From positions 333,064,001 to 333,128,000 of the forward strand of contig NW_027362767.1 of NCBI RefSeq assembly GCF_046119375.1: DNA of 64,000 nt. The letters are read 5' to 3'. Below the pieces are notes generated by a model that saw nothing but the letters and a program-made list of their open reading frames with translations, made no database searches and had not been told where the DNA came from. Below are positions 12,168 to 23,957 of the stretch, piece by piece. This DNA is from Phyllobates terribilis (taxonomy: Eukaryota). Position 1 is the stretch's first letter. Each line of letters opens with the position of its first letter. The translations under genes and the position numbers were made by a program.

Positions 12168-12177
12168 GCCCGAGCAA
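12168..12177 (-). promoter_or_regulatory. Self-priming primer-binding site (Tf1-type)
   Basis: Sense PBS TTGCTCGGGC starts 2 nt after the 5' LTR. It is perfectly complementary to GCCCGAGCAA (13037-13028), which begins 30 nt downstream of TATATAA in the LTR. Confidence 0.8.
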
Positions 12178-12179
12178 AC

Positions 12180-13277
12180 TGTAACGGGTCTGGGAGGCGG
12201 AACATCTGAGCTACTATACAAGGGGGCGGTCCTTGTAAGGGAGCGGGTGGCGACCAGGGTAGACGGGCAGGCAGTCACAGCAGGCGACTGGGACAGTCTC
12301 TGAATGAACGGGCAGGAGGTCACGGCAAGTGACCGGGGCAGTCTCTGGATGAACGGGCAGGAGGTCACGGCAAGTGACCGGGGCAGTCTCTGGATGAACG
12401 GGCAGGAGGTCACGGCAAGTGACCGGGGCAGTCTCTGGATGAGCGGGCAGGAGGTCACGGCAAGTGACCGGGGCAGTCTCTGGGTAAAGGATTGGTACGA
12501 CCTGTGGCGGCAGATGATAGACGTGAGCTCCCAGGTGAGCAGGCGAGAGTCTCTGGATAATCGGGTGGTCACAGCATGTGACGGCGGAGCCTCCAGGAAG
12601 ATCAACAGACAGGTAGCAGATGAGCGCTCCCAGGTGAGCGGGCAAGAGTCTCTCAAATAGCAGGTGGTCACAGCACGTGACGGCGGAGCCTCCAGGTAGG
12701 CAAGCAGGCAGGTAGCGGAGGAGCGCTCCCAGGTGAGCGGGCAGGAGTCTCTGGAATAGCAGGTGGTCACAGCACGTGACGGCGGAGCCTCCAGGAAGGC
12801 TAGCAGGCAGGTAGCAGATGTGCGCTCCCAGGTGAGCGGCCAAGCTGGTCCATAGACAGACTGACAGGAGTAGGAAGGCAGACCGTCGGACCTCAGGCTA
12901 GCAAGCAGGTAGCAGGAATATCAGGCAGGAAACAGACAGCAAACTGGCAGGACTCTGGCTGGAATCAGGCAGGTAACTGGCAACGGGACCTGAGGGCTGA
13001 AGCAGAGTAGTGAACAGTGCAACAACATTGCTCGGGCACCTCCATTTTGGAGGAGGTGCCTTATATATGGTGAAGTCCTCCGGCCATTGGCCGGGGACTC
13101 CTTAGGACGGCGCGCGCGGCCCCTTTAAGAGGGAGGGAGCGCGCGCGCGCCCTAAGCACAGTGGCCGGGAAGGAGCGCGCGCTGCCAGCAGAGCGGGAGG
13201 AGGACGCCGGGCTCGGAGCAGAGAGGTGAGAGGAACAGCGTCCCTGCCTAGCAGAGGGCAGGGACGCCGACGCTACA
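12180..13277 (-). repeat. 5' LTR (1,098 bp) with TATA box at 13067-13061
   Basis: Direct repeat of 6884-7979. Confidence 0.95.
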
Positions 13278-13882
13278 TATATACACAATACACATACATA
13301 TGTATATACACACACGAACTGCACATACACATGTATATACACACACTGCACATACATATCAGCCTGTCTCTGGTTAAAGGATATTTGAGGATATAATGGT
13401 CACATGACCGTGATGTCACCAAAATCCTTAAGCAGGCCTCAGTGGAGGCCTTGAGAAATTGCCCAATTTACCCCCATTTCTCCCTAATGCTGGCCCTGCA
13501 TACCAGCAAAATAAAAATGCTGGGGAAACCTAAGTAAGTGAGGACCCAGGACAATTGAATAGTTTGCGCTCCTCCACCCCATATGTCGGTCCTGAATGGG
13601 ACTAGGGCATATTTTTGGAGTGGGGCTTAAATTTTAAGCATACTCCAAAAATCCTGTAAAATCGTACTAGGGCTTATTTTCTGGGTAGGTCTTATTTGCA
13701 AGGAAACACTGTATAATTCAAAGGACTGGGGTTAAAGAGAACCTGCGAATTTATTCAGGCAGCATGGACCACGTGTATGAAAAATCAGATACTGGCAAAC
13801 ATGTATGTTTTACTCTGAAATGCTGCGTTGACTCGCTGGAGTATGATGTGTCCAATTCATTAAGAGGCGCAAGCCCCATCTA

Positions 13883-14089
13883 AGGGGTTGTCCAGGTTTG
13901 GCATGAAAGTCTGCAGTCAGTCAATTGAGCGAGGCCACACATGTCTAGTCGGAAAGTGGCAGGAAGTATACATAGCACATACTTGCGGTCACATGAGGGC
14001 CTGCTCCTGATGCAGGAGAATACTGACAGCAGGCACCGTGAGGATTCACAAGTGACTGCAGATTTTGTGTCAAACCTGGACAATCCCTT
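13883..14089. mobile_element. MITE (T2/Kolobok-like AGGGGTTGTCC ends)
   Basis: AGGGGTTGTCCAGGTTTGG...AAACCTGGACAATCCCTT inverted termini in a (C/T)TAA-like context. Confidence 0.7.
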
Positions 14090-15876
14090 CAACGAATTAG
14101 ACACATCTGTTAACGGGTGTGTCATGCCACCAGAAAAGTACGCCAGTCATACATTTCATGAATTTGATGGGCAAGCTTAGCCCCGCCCTTTATTGCACAT
14201 GTCCTGCCCATGCTATGCCCAATATTAGCATGGCTTGCCAAGATTGGCATGTAACTGCCAAACGACGCAATGTTTTGTGACTTATTAAAGTGTTTTATGA
14301 CAATTCTAGCATAAACATTTTAATGCAAAGGCCCTTATTGGATTAAATTTACCAAAATTACGCAGCACAAAAGTAAAGTATCTGCTATGTAACAAGACTA
14401 CACTTTCTTGAATTTAGAGACCCCTTCGAAAATAAAAGTAGTTAGTTCATTTGTTTTCATGGGCAACCTCTCTAGTTTCCCTTGACACCGGTTTTGATAA
14501 ACCCAATGCTCAGCAATGTGAACAATGAGGACAGAAGTTCAAATTATGGTGGACTTCATAATTTCATTTTGAAGCGTCTACGGAGTTCCAAGTATAGTTT
14601 TTTTTGCAACCAGTAATTTGAAGGACACCAGGGTTATTTGGGACTTAGTTTGGGTTTCCTATGAAAATAGGATATTGGAAGTGTTTCCCTAGAAGACGAA
14701 CCTATTCAGAGGACCCTCAAGTTTAAAAGGTTGTACCTAGGTTATGAAACTGACTATTTCAATGTAAGTCAAAATATTATATTCCTACTGCTATGTTGTA
14801 CGCAAAGCACTCTACAAGTATCTTTGTACTGTATATATAGATGTTGCGTAAAATTCTTAATATACATATGCAAGGTCTTTCATTTTTAAGTAGTTCTACT
14901 AACTTTTCCCAAAATCACATTATTCTTCTTATGTTGTTACCTTTAAGTCTATAAATGACCATAATTTTGCTTGATCATTCTGGCACACAATCATTTATTC
15001 AACAATTGGTTGACTGAGATATTCTTTTGTGGGAAAATACAAAGAGCAAACAATAAGTTAAAATAGCAAATGCCAGAAATTGAAGGATACTTCAATTACA
15101 GGAGGAAGCGCCATCATAAAAAGCCAATGTTTACAGTTGCAGCAATAAAAATTCTAATTTTTTGCTCGGATGAGCACAAAGGATTCCATAGGCACTAGTA
15201 TTAGAACATATAATGAAAATGTAATTGAAAAACTTTTTGCTGCATAGTAAATATGGCAAGAAAGTACCGAATGTAATTCAAACATCCGAAAAACACATCA
15301 GTATTTGCACTGTCTGTTGTTCATGAAAATGTTTCTGAAAAACAAATTGGTCTCTGAAATTTACAAAGTGATTCAGACACATATTGAAACACAATGTGAA
15401 GCTACTTGTGAAACCTTTGGCAAATGTATTAAGTTCAGTTCTGAATTTTTATTTTAGAAAGAGAGGTCAGAGACCCATTTAGTTCTCAATTTCAATCTGC
15501 ATTAAAGTGGTTGTCTCACCATTGATTTCCAGGAGCGCACCTCTCCCCTGCCTATTAATTTTCTGCTTGCTGGGGGCAGTGTGCTTCTGATTAACAGTTT
15601 GGACCAATGACATCACCATAATCCTGGTCAAAACTGTGGGCTCTAAAATGCTGCTAAAGAAGAAGCAGAGTGGAATTATGGCTGTCCGGATCCAGCAATC
15701 TGACGAGCGCCACAGCAGTGCTTACAAGTTCTTTTGAAAAGAGCTTGTAAGCACTGCGCTCATTGCCTTAGAGATCAATAGATTGCTGTGGTGACAAGTA
15801 ACCTAGGCAATGACCAATAAACAATAAAATTAAAGAAAAATCTCCATTCAAGAGAATAGTGTAAATTTTCATGAAT

Positions 15877-16329
15877 AGTACTAGGACAACCCCTTTTTGA
15901 TCTAAATGTTTGGCCCTGATATTTTAAAAAAGCTTTATACTCCCCTCCTGTGCCGACGCCATTCCAACGGTGTCAGCACTCGCGATCTCGGGGCTCTTGT
16001 GCAGTTGTTGTGTCATGTGACCCCAGTGCCCAATCAGCTGGCGTCACTGTCCCCACCTTCTGTCGAATTGAACATGAAGAGGAAGTCCGGGCTGCAGCTG
16101 ATGTCTGACTTCATCTTCATGTTCAATTTGTCCAAAGGCAGGGACAGGGAAGGCAGCGCTGAATGGGCGCTAGGCTCACATGTCACAACAACCGCACGGG
16201 AGCCCCGGGACCGCAGGTGCTGACACCGCTGGAACGGCGCCGGCACGAGAGGGAAGTATAAGCTTTTTTATTTTATCGGGGCCAAACATTTAGACCAAGA
16301 AGGAGTTGTCCTAGTAGTGCACAACCCCT
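15877..16329. mobile_element. Palindromic MITE (T2/Kolobok-like), left tip eroded
   Basis: Long inverted arms CTAGGACAACCCCTT..GATCTAAATGTTTGGCCC / GGGCCAAACATTTAGACC..GTTGTCCTAG; ends ACAACCCCT|TTAA. Confidence 0.75.
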
Positions 16330-18966
16330 TTAACTACTATTAATTAAAAATTACACTGTATAGTTGCATAAGTGGATACAGCAAATGCAGCCATATTGAT
16401 TGACTGCATTGAATTGGCTTCTCAGAAAGTATTTGAGAGGTTATCCAGAATGAAAACTTTGGCTACTTTCTTCCAAAAACAGAGCCGTATATGTATACAG
16501 GTTGTATGTGGAATTGCAGCTTATCGTATCGTATCAGAAAACAGAACAAACTAAGATATAATGCTGTGGATCTTAATCATCTTAGATTTTAATGTGGCTC
16601 CTATGCTTAAAAGAAAATAAAATTGGGAACCATAATGTTTCTTTATGACTAAGACATCGAAAAAAATGAATGAAATTAAATTATAAGGGAGTTGTTTGTA
16701 CAGTAAAAATAAAATGCAGACCTTGTAAGTCTTATTGCCAAATAACAGATATGAAATGTGATTGAGGTGGCTTTAAATTAGTAACTTGCACAATAAAACA
16801 TTTATAATAAAAAATCTGGTACAAAAAAAGCTCAATGGGAAGGAAGTTCTGTAATAATCATAATAATAATAATAATAATAATGATGATGTCCCTCCAACA
16901 CAACACACTTATCACCACTGCTCTGCTTACGTTTATGCCTAAAGTTATATTGCTGGACATGACGAACGTAATTGAAATGCAAAATGATGCATTCCAGGCT
17001 TGATTGCAATCAGGGATTTCTTTTTGTATAATTATGCCTAATCTGACACACGCTTGTTTTAAGCCAAGTAGACGCACTTCATACAAATCCCCAGTCTTGA
17101 CTATTAACCACACTGAAATGTTGCACAAGGTTTACCTGCAATGTCATAGATCAATTTGGCTTTTCCTCTGAAGTAAAAATTGGAGCACTCATCTAGTCAC
17201 TGTAAACACAGATTATGTTCTGTAGATCAGAAGCTCTTCAGGGTAATGAGCGCCTCTGTTGTTTTATTTTATCATTGTCACAGTAGGAGCCGCTAAGGAA
17301 GGATCGACACTTAGGGCTTGAATCATTTTTACATTTGAGCTTGTTTTTTGTTGAGTTTTAGATGTTTAGCGCCTTTTTTTACTCCCACCAAATTCATGTT
17401 TCCATCTTTCTTGAAGCCTATTTTATATTTATATAAAATCCTTTATATATTTGTTCAGAGGAGTTTAGGGTTTCCAGATGTTTTCGTCTGATACATCAAT
17501 TGCAACTTTTCAAAAAGTCACAAAATATGTTGAAAACGTTCTCTAGTCCCAGCCTACAGTGATTTTATGCACACTGGAATTTTTTTTTTTTAAGCAAGTT
17601 TTGCAACATTCTTAAAAATGTGCAACTTTTTGATCTAAAAAGATTCAAAAGTGGTTAAAGACAGAAAAAAAAGACCATTTTGCTCAAAAGTAATGAATCG
17701 TGTCCATCATTTTGATGAATTTGGTGCAAAAAACATCAACGAATAACACAAAACAAAGAAAGAAAAGAGAGTAGTAAAGCTGTAAATGATGAATCGGTCC
17801 TCTAGTCTTTAGGAACAGATACAGGACATACTCTTAAAGACATAAAGTATGCCTGGATAAATATTGAATGGACCTGACAATTTTGATGATTCTTCTGTGG
17901 GAAGATGTCGTGGAGGAGAATAATTGGGCGGTTGGTTTTCTTCGTGAGAATAATCCAATCTTCAATGGCGTGCTCCGAGACTGAATATATAGGTTCAAAT
18001 CCAGACATTATTAATCATATTTTAAAAATCCACAGGTCGGTGCAAATTCCTAAAAAAAAGCTGCATTTTGAATATCTTTTAGATCTGAAACGTATGTGTG
18101 GAGTTTTTTGAAGGTTGGATTTTCCCTCCTAGCTATCTCGGGCCTGGCACAGCGTTCGGCTGCTTTGTGCAAAAAGGGAAACATCAAGGACTTTACCAGG
18201 GATTTTTTATTTATTTAGTGGCGCTTCCTCGTGTAAGTCAGATAACAATCTATATTTTAACGAAAACTGCTGAAGAGTTGAGCTTTAATTTAAACAACTG
18301 TATTATCTTATTATCACATTATCATATTCCATAACACCTGGTATAAGGAGGAGGTGATAAAACAGAGCCTGAGGGAAAGGCGATACATGGCGTGCTGTCA
18401 CAGTGGGGGATATCATTCACAAGTTTTGTAAATATATACTCAACTTCAGCCTATCTGCTGTTCACAAAAGAACTTGTATTCTCTCCATGATATCCGGCAT
18501 AGACAATTTAATCGGCATTGATTGGCAATAATAAATGCTTGGTGAATGTGGCGAGTATACATTGATTGAAACAAACTCAAGCTCTATAATACTACAGCTT
18601 CCTAAAAGTATGGAGTAAATTTCCGTTTATTTTAGGCTTTTCCATTTTAGAAAATATGACTCAATATTGATCTAAAGGTATCACAAACTCAACTCTCTCC
18701 ATACAGCCAATTAGGATACATGGTCATCATGATTAGGCTTGCAAGCTTGGGACCAGCATGTATGAGCCAGGGGGAAGAGCTGTTAAAGAGTAGCTTTTTT
18801 GGGGCAGGTAAAGTCCATTCAAGTACTACATGATCATCCATTTACATAAAAGGCCATCATGCTATACTATATTTCCTCTGCAGAGCCCACCAATATATGC
18901 CAAACCTTTGATGATAAAACTGATGGAAAAGGATGTCTAAAGCAACGTCCACCAGTACAGCTTTAA

Positions 18967-19341
18967 AGAAGCACTCCTCCCATCAAAGTTTTTAGCCTCT
19001 TAATATATTGTAGTCATCATATTATATAGCACTGTGTACTTACAATTGCTCATTTTGCCTTTCTACCTAGTTAATTATTCTCTTTTCTCTGCTCTATGTA
19101 GAAACACGAAGTTTTTTTTCCCTGCATGAGTCACCCCCCTCTTCAACTCCAGACAGTTTATTCCTCCTCCCCTCTGCCAGGTACTTTTGTAGTCATGAGT
19201 CATACAGGGAAAAGAGACCTCCTGTTTCTACATAGAGCTTAGTCAGCTAGTCAGTTTTTAATCATGTGATGTCATAGGCCTAATGGAAAACAGAAGAATT
19301 AGCTGGGTAGAAAGGCAAAATGAGCAATTGTAAGTACACAG
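18967..19341. mobile_element. T2/Kolobok-like MITE with TTAA TSD
   Basis: TTAA|AGAAGCACTCCTCCCATCAAAG...TTTTGATGGGAGTGTTTCT|TTAA with inverted arms over 100 bp. Confidence 0.85.
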
Positions 19342-19635
19342 TGCTATATAATATGATTGCAATATATTAAATAGGATAAACATTTTGATGGGAGTGTTTC
19401 TTTAATTTTAAAATGGGAAGCGTTCAAAAAACAACCCTTTTAAAGCAGTTGTTTAAAGAGTTTGTAAAAACAATCAACTGTGCAATTTACCTACTAAAAA
19501 ATCTCAAGAAAAGGAGGATTTTTAATTCTATAGTTTCCTGCTCTCTGCCTAGGATACTAGCTATTTCTGCAGTCTCAGAGTAGCCAGTTTTTTAGGCAAG
19601 GAATATGTGCCAATTGCAGGCTCTAGGCTTTAGAT

Positions 19636-19799
19636 CAGGGTTCCCCAACTCCAGTCCTCAAGAGCCACCAACAGCTCATGTTTTCAGGATTACATTACAG
19701 TATTGCACATGTGATGGAATGATCACCAAAGCAATGCTAAGAAAATCCTGAAAATATGATCTATTGGTGGTTCTTGAGGACTGGAATTGGGGAACATTG
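19636..19799. mobile_element. hAT-type MITE
   Basis: TIR CAGGGTTCCCCAACTCCAGTCCTCAAGAGCCACC and its complement; 8-bp TSD CTTTAGAT / CTTTAGAG. Confidence 0.85.
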
Positions 19800-21294
19800 C
19801 TTTAGAGCCTGCAAGCTCTGCATCTGAAGCTTGATGAGTCTCTCTATCTGACTTGCGTCCGTGTCCCTGTACAGGGGTACTACTCCCATGCTTCCAAGGC
19901 AAAGCTGCCTGTGTTACCAGCCTGGGAAAGCTGTTCAGAACGGTCAATCCTCAGGAGTACACCAACCCCAGCAAGCAGGAAGCCATGAGGCTGGGGAGCA
20001 GTGAGCTCCTGATGAAAGAAAATGGGAACACTCCTTTGGCAACTAAGAAAGGTCAAAATAAAGGAAAAAAAATAAAAGATAAATAAAAAACAAAGTATCA
20101 TTTTGATCTAGAGTAAATTTACTTTTCCTGTCAAATATGTTTTGATCAGCAGTAAAGGAAAAAAAATGCCACAACAAAACTTGAACCCAGCCTGACTTAT
20201 TCATCCTGTCTTCGTTCTCTTGGGATTCTTCTACGGTAATACCAATGGGATATCAAGCAGCTGTAAAAGAGAAGTTCTACTTCCATACGACCATGTAGAC
20301 AAAATCCTTATTCAATATTTCAAAGATAACATAGTTGATGCCAGACATAGGGGAATACGATTTTCCCTTCATAATAAAATAACAGCATTGTTTTTTCTAT
20401 GCCTGGATAACATATAGACGGTGACCCATGTTATAGCTTGGGTGCTATAACTTTAATATTTGCTAAATGGAGTTTTAATGGCTGGTGCATAATAAAAGAC
20501 TAGAAAGCCATCTGATGGAAAATGCGTTTTCATTATGAAGATGCTGTTCGTCGAGATGGCATGGCTTATTGAAAATTTTGATAAAAAAAAGAGATTAGAT
20601 TTGGAGCAAGGGATCTCATTTCTTTGAATGACAAGAAAACTCAATACATCTAATCACTTCACTGACACCTATTGGGAAGCAAAATGCAGCCTGTTCTCTG
20701 AAACTCAATACTGCTTGTTAAACACTGGTGTACTTAGCAAGGTGCCAGGTAAATTGACTTTAAAAAATCCTCATCACAGCTGCTACAAAAGCATTTCATT
20801 TTTTAGTACTCTTTGCAAAATGAAATGAAATATAGAAACATTTGAGGCAGGTGAATAATGGTGCTTCACTTGAATTATCACAAGGGTTTTTTCTTCTAGG
20901 CATTACCTTTATCACTTTGAATGAAATCCAGATGGATAAACAGATGATTGTGCCAACCATACTGAGCGCTCAAGAAAACCTCAACCATGGCTGTGACCTT
21001 CCTGAACTTAGATAGCAAATGTTCCCAGTATACATATGGTATTGTCTATAATGTCAAAGATGTTTAGTGGCTCATTTTGTAATTTTCAACCTAGACAAGC
21101 CCCAAGGGCTGACTTACATATTAAATACATTGACCACCCAGAAAGATCTAAATTGCCATGAATACAAAGTGCCATGAGCAGGTATCTTATATCCTTGTAT
21201 ATGCCACTTATTGAATGCATTGCTTTTCCCCATTGTGTATGTCATCTCCTATTAAAGTACACCAACATCTTGCACCATTTTTAAAATTCAAGAA

Positions 21295-21544
21295 TAGAGA
21301 TGAGCAAACACGGGGTTCGTACCAGACAATTCTTCTCCTGGAAGTCCGTTGCAATGTTCGGAGTTCCAGGGAGAAGGAGAGATAGAGAGAGTTTTTTCCA
21401 GCTCCATAGTTCGGGTCCAAATACATTTCAATGTGGTTGGGGTTCTTGGTTAAGTTGGTTAAGTTCTGGTACCTGAACCGAACTTTGGACTAAAGTTTGG
21501 GTCGGGCACAAGAACCTGAATTTCCATGGGTCCGCTCATCCCTA
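21295..21544. mobile_element. hAT-type MITE (TAGAGATGAGC family)
   Basis: TAGAGATGAGC...GCTCATCCCTA with a perfect 8-bp TSD TTCAAGAA. Confidence 0.85.
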
Positions 21545-22092
21545 TTCAAGAACAGTTTTCTGAATCAACCCATTAGAAAGAATTGTGCTTCCCTGAATAA
21601 TGAGTACATGGATTGTTTAGGAGATTTCATTGTTTCATAGATTCAGCATATAAAACAGATTGTATGATATCAGATATTTCTCTAGATACAGCGCCATTTT
21701 AGTCCACGGAATGTTTTTGATAGTCCCATTGACATGAATAGAGCCAAGATGCAATATCACACTCTGCCTATAAACTAGAGTGTCACTGCTTGTGGAAGAG
21801 ACCAGACTGTATTTATAATCTCGTGAATAATTACCTAAAATGTTGGAAGGTTGATGGGTTCTTCACTTTTACCCATAGACCATGGTAATGCTCATAAACA
21901 TGGGTTCGGGGATATTTCTATGCAACCCACTAGTGGTTCGATCAATGCTTATATCATTGTCAAAAAGCACTGGAATACTTTGTGTACCTGCTGCAATGTG
22001 AGTCCAGAAAATAAATAGTAAGTGATTTGAAATTAAAGAACAATAAATAATGCAAAATAATCTGTAGGCAAAAGAATTAGAAAGGTCCCAGT

Positions 22093-22638
22093 TAGAGATG
22101 AGCGAATATCTTCAAGTGGAATTGAATCCTACTCGAATTTTACAAAAATACTTATTTGCGACAAAGTGGATTTTGTTTGTATTGTGACCACTAGCTGCCA
22201 TTTTTCTGAACCATGAAGGATCAACAAATGTTAAATGATAAGAAAAAATCCTTGTATTCACCTTACCATTCACCTCTCTGGCCAGTCCGCTCCTCACCAG
22301 GATTCAAAACATGCGCGAGCAATGTCACAGCACACATTGTGACGTCCTGACGCCGTGATCTCTTGCACACTTGCAGAAGTGGCGAGGATCAGAAAATGCG
22401 GCAATGACCCGATGGGTGAGGAACATAGGGGCCGGAGAGGTGAGCATTGAGGAGAGAATAAGGATTTTGTCTTTATTTTTTTACATCTTACTTATATTAT
22501 GGTCTGGGGTCTGAAGAGACCCCAGACTATAATATGGAATATTAAATTCATGGGGAATAACTTATATGCAAATTGAATTTCCAGGGAAAATCCACATGAA
22601 CAGGCAAATTTGAATTTTACCTGATCTGCTCATCTCTA
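22093..22638. mobile_element. hAT-type non-autonomous element (TAGAGATGAGC family)
   Basis: TAGAGATGAGCG...TGCTCATCTCTA with a perfect 8-bp TSD GTCCCAGT. Confidence 0.85.
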
Positions 22639-23046
22639 GTCCCAGTAAATAATTCTATGTAGGTCCGTTCATCTAGGGTACATAATTCTCATGCATTTTA
22701 GTATCTTCATGGTTTAAAGAGGACCTCTCATTTGCCATTATGTAATTGTTCTACCTGGTCGGACTGTTTTCCTGAATCTGGCATTGTTTATTTTTCATTC
22801 CAGCAGCTCGCCATTCCTGAGCTATGGTCACCTATTCCTTGAATGTAAATCTGGTCAGGTTAGCCAGGGAGGAGTTATCCTAAAGAAGATGCCCACAGAG
22901 AGGAGTCGAGGACAGTGCCCTCTGGACTAAGTAGACTAGATTTATATACGAGGAATGGGGGGAGCAGATCTTAGGAACAGTGATGAGTAGGATTAAAAGA
23001 AAAACAACACTTGATTCAATAGAAAAAACTGATAAAACGGCCCCTG

Positions 23047-23197
23047 CTGTATCATGTGAGGCTTGTGTCCGAAGGAGCTGTATCCTGTGAAGCTTGTGTC
23101 CGAGGGAGCTGTACCCTGTGAAGCTTGTGTCTGAGGGAGCTGTACCCTGTGAAGCTTGTGTCTGAGGGTGCTGTACCCTGTGAAGCTTGTGTCTGAA
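23047..23197. repeat. 31-bp minisatellite, about 5 copies
   Basis: Unit CTGTACCCTGTGAAGCTTGTGTCTGAGGGAG at 23109, 23140 and 23171, with diverged copies upstream. Confidence 0.9.
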
Positions 23198-23957
23198 CAT
23201 GTAGAAGAGCTTTGGCTGCTGGTTGTCACGTGCTGCTGGTCTTGACCCCTCAGAAGTAGGGAGGATAAGTGAACATTCTCTTCTGATGGTGGTGGCAGGG
23301 GCTATTCCATACTTGTTATGATACTTCTCCCTGCCGGTCTGAGAACTTTTGAACTCGCCTCCATGTATCACACCAGTCCAGTACAAGGAGCTCAAAGGCC
23401 GAAAATATAAGCTAAAAACCCAACGTATATGCCCGGCTACTAGGCTCATGGTACTGTGCTGGTGTGATTTATTGAGGTGAGTCCATAAGTCCTCAGCTAT
23501 AGCAAATACCATCATGACTTAGATGAAAGGAACAGGCATGGAGGAGTAATGTCATAAATATAGAATAGCCCCTGCCAGTAACATCAGTAGAGAATATTCA
23601 CTTTTCCTCCCTTCTGTGAGATCAATTCAAACAGCATGTGCTGACCAGCAGCTAAATCCCCTCTACGTGGTCGGACACAAGCGTTACATCCAATTGTGAA
23701 AATTAGTAATTTTCCAATATTTATCAATTAAACAGCATCTTTGCTCACAGGACAACCCCTTTAAGGGGCTAAGCTTGGAAGTCAATGTGCCATGAGAATG
23801 AGTTTCTAGGGGACCACTCAGCCTTGGCCAGAGAAAGGCTAGGATGGAATTCTGAATCTTTGCACCTGAATCTAGGTGCGGCTCATATTTTTCCTGCTTT
23901 TTCAATATAGCAATGACAAAGTGTTACTGAAAATTAGACATTATGAACTGCAATATA

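Larger units (their letters stand above)
6884..13277 (-). mobile_element. Full-length, apparently intact Ty3/Gypsy chromovirus (Tf1/sushi group)
   Basis: LTRs 6884-7979 and 12180-13277 (TGTAACG...CGCTACA, about 10 differences by eye). Perfect 5-bp TSD TATAT (6879-6883, 13278-13282). G-rich PPT on the minus strand next to 7980. gag and pol both open. Confidence 0.97.

Noticed and set aside
8035-12184. Plus-strand ORFs antisense to gag/pol
   Set aside because: Typical antisense shadows of an intact coding region.
13660-13714. Isolated pogo/Tigger-like TIR (..GGTCTTATTTGCAAGGAAACACTGTA)
   Set aside because: No partner TIR or TSD found, so element boundaries cannot be supported.
17820-18110. 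Short peptides such as GHTLKDIKYAW, reminiscent of a Cys-loop receptor exon
   Set aside because: In-frame stop soon after, no clean splice pair, and similarity too short to be meaningful.
20195-20263. Possible minus-strand terminal exon (CLISHWYYRRRIPRERRQDE*)
   Set aside because: The acceptor is plausible but no upstream exons or recognisable protein support it.
22880-23515. 211-aa minus-strand ORF
   Set aside because: It crosses a 31-bp minisatellite and MITE-like sequence; no domain or TE motif recognised.
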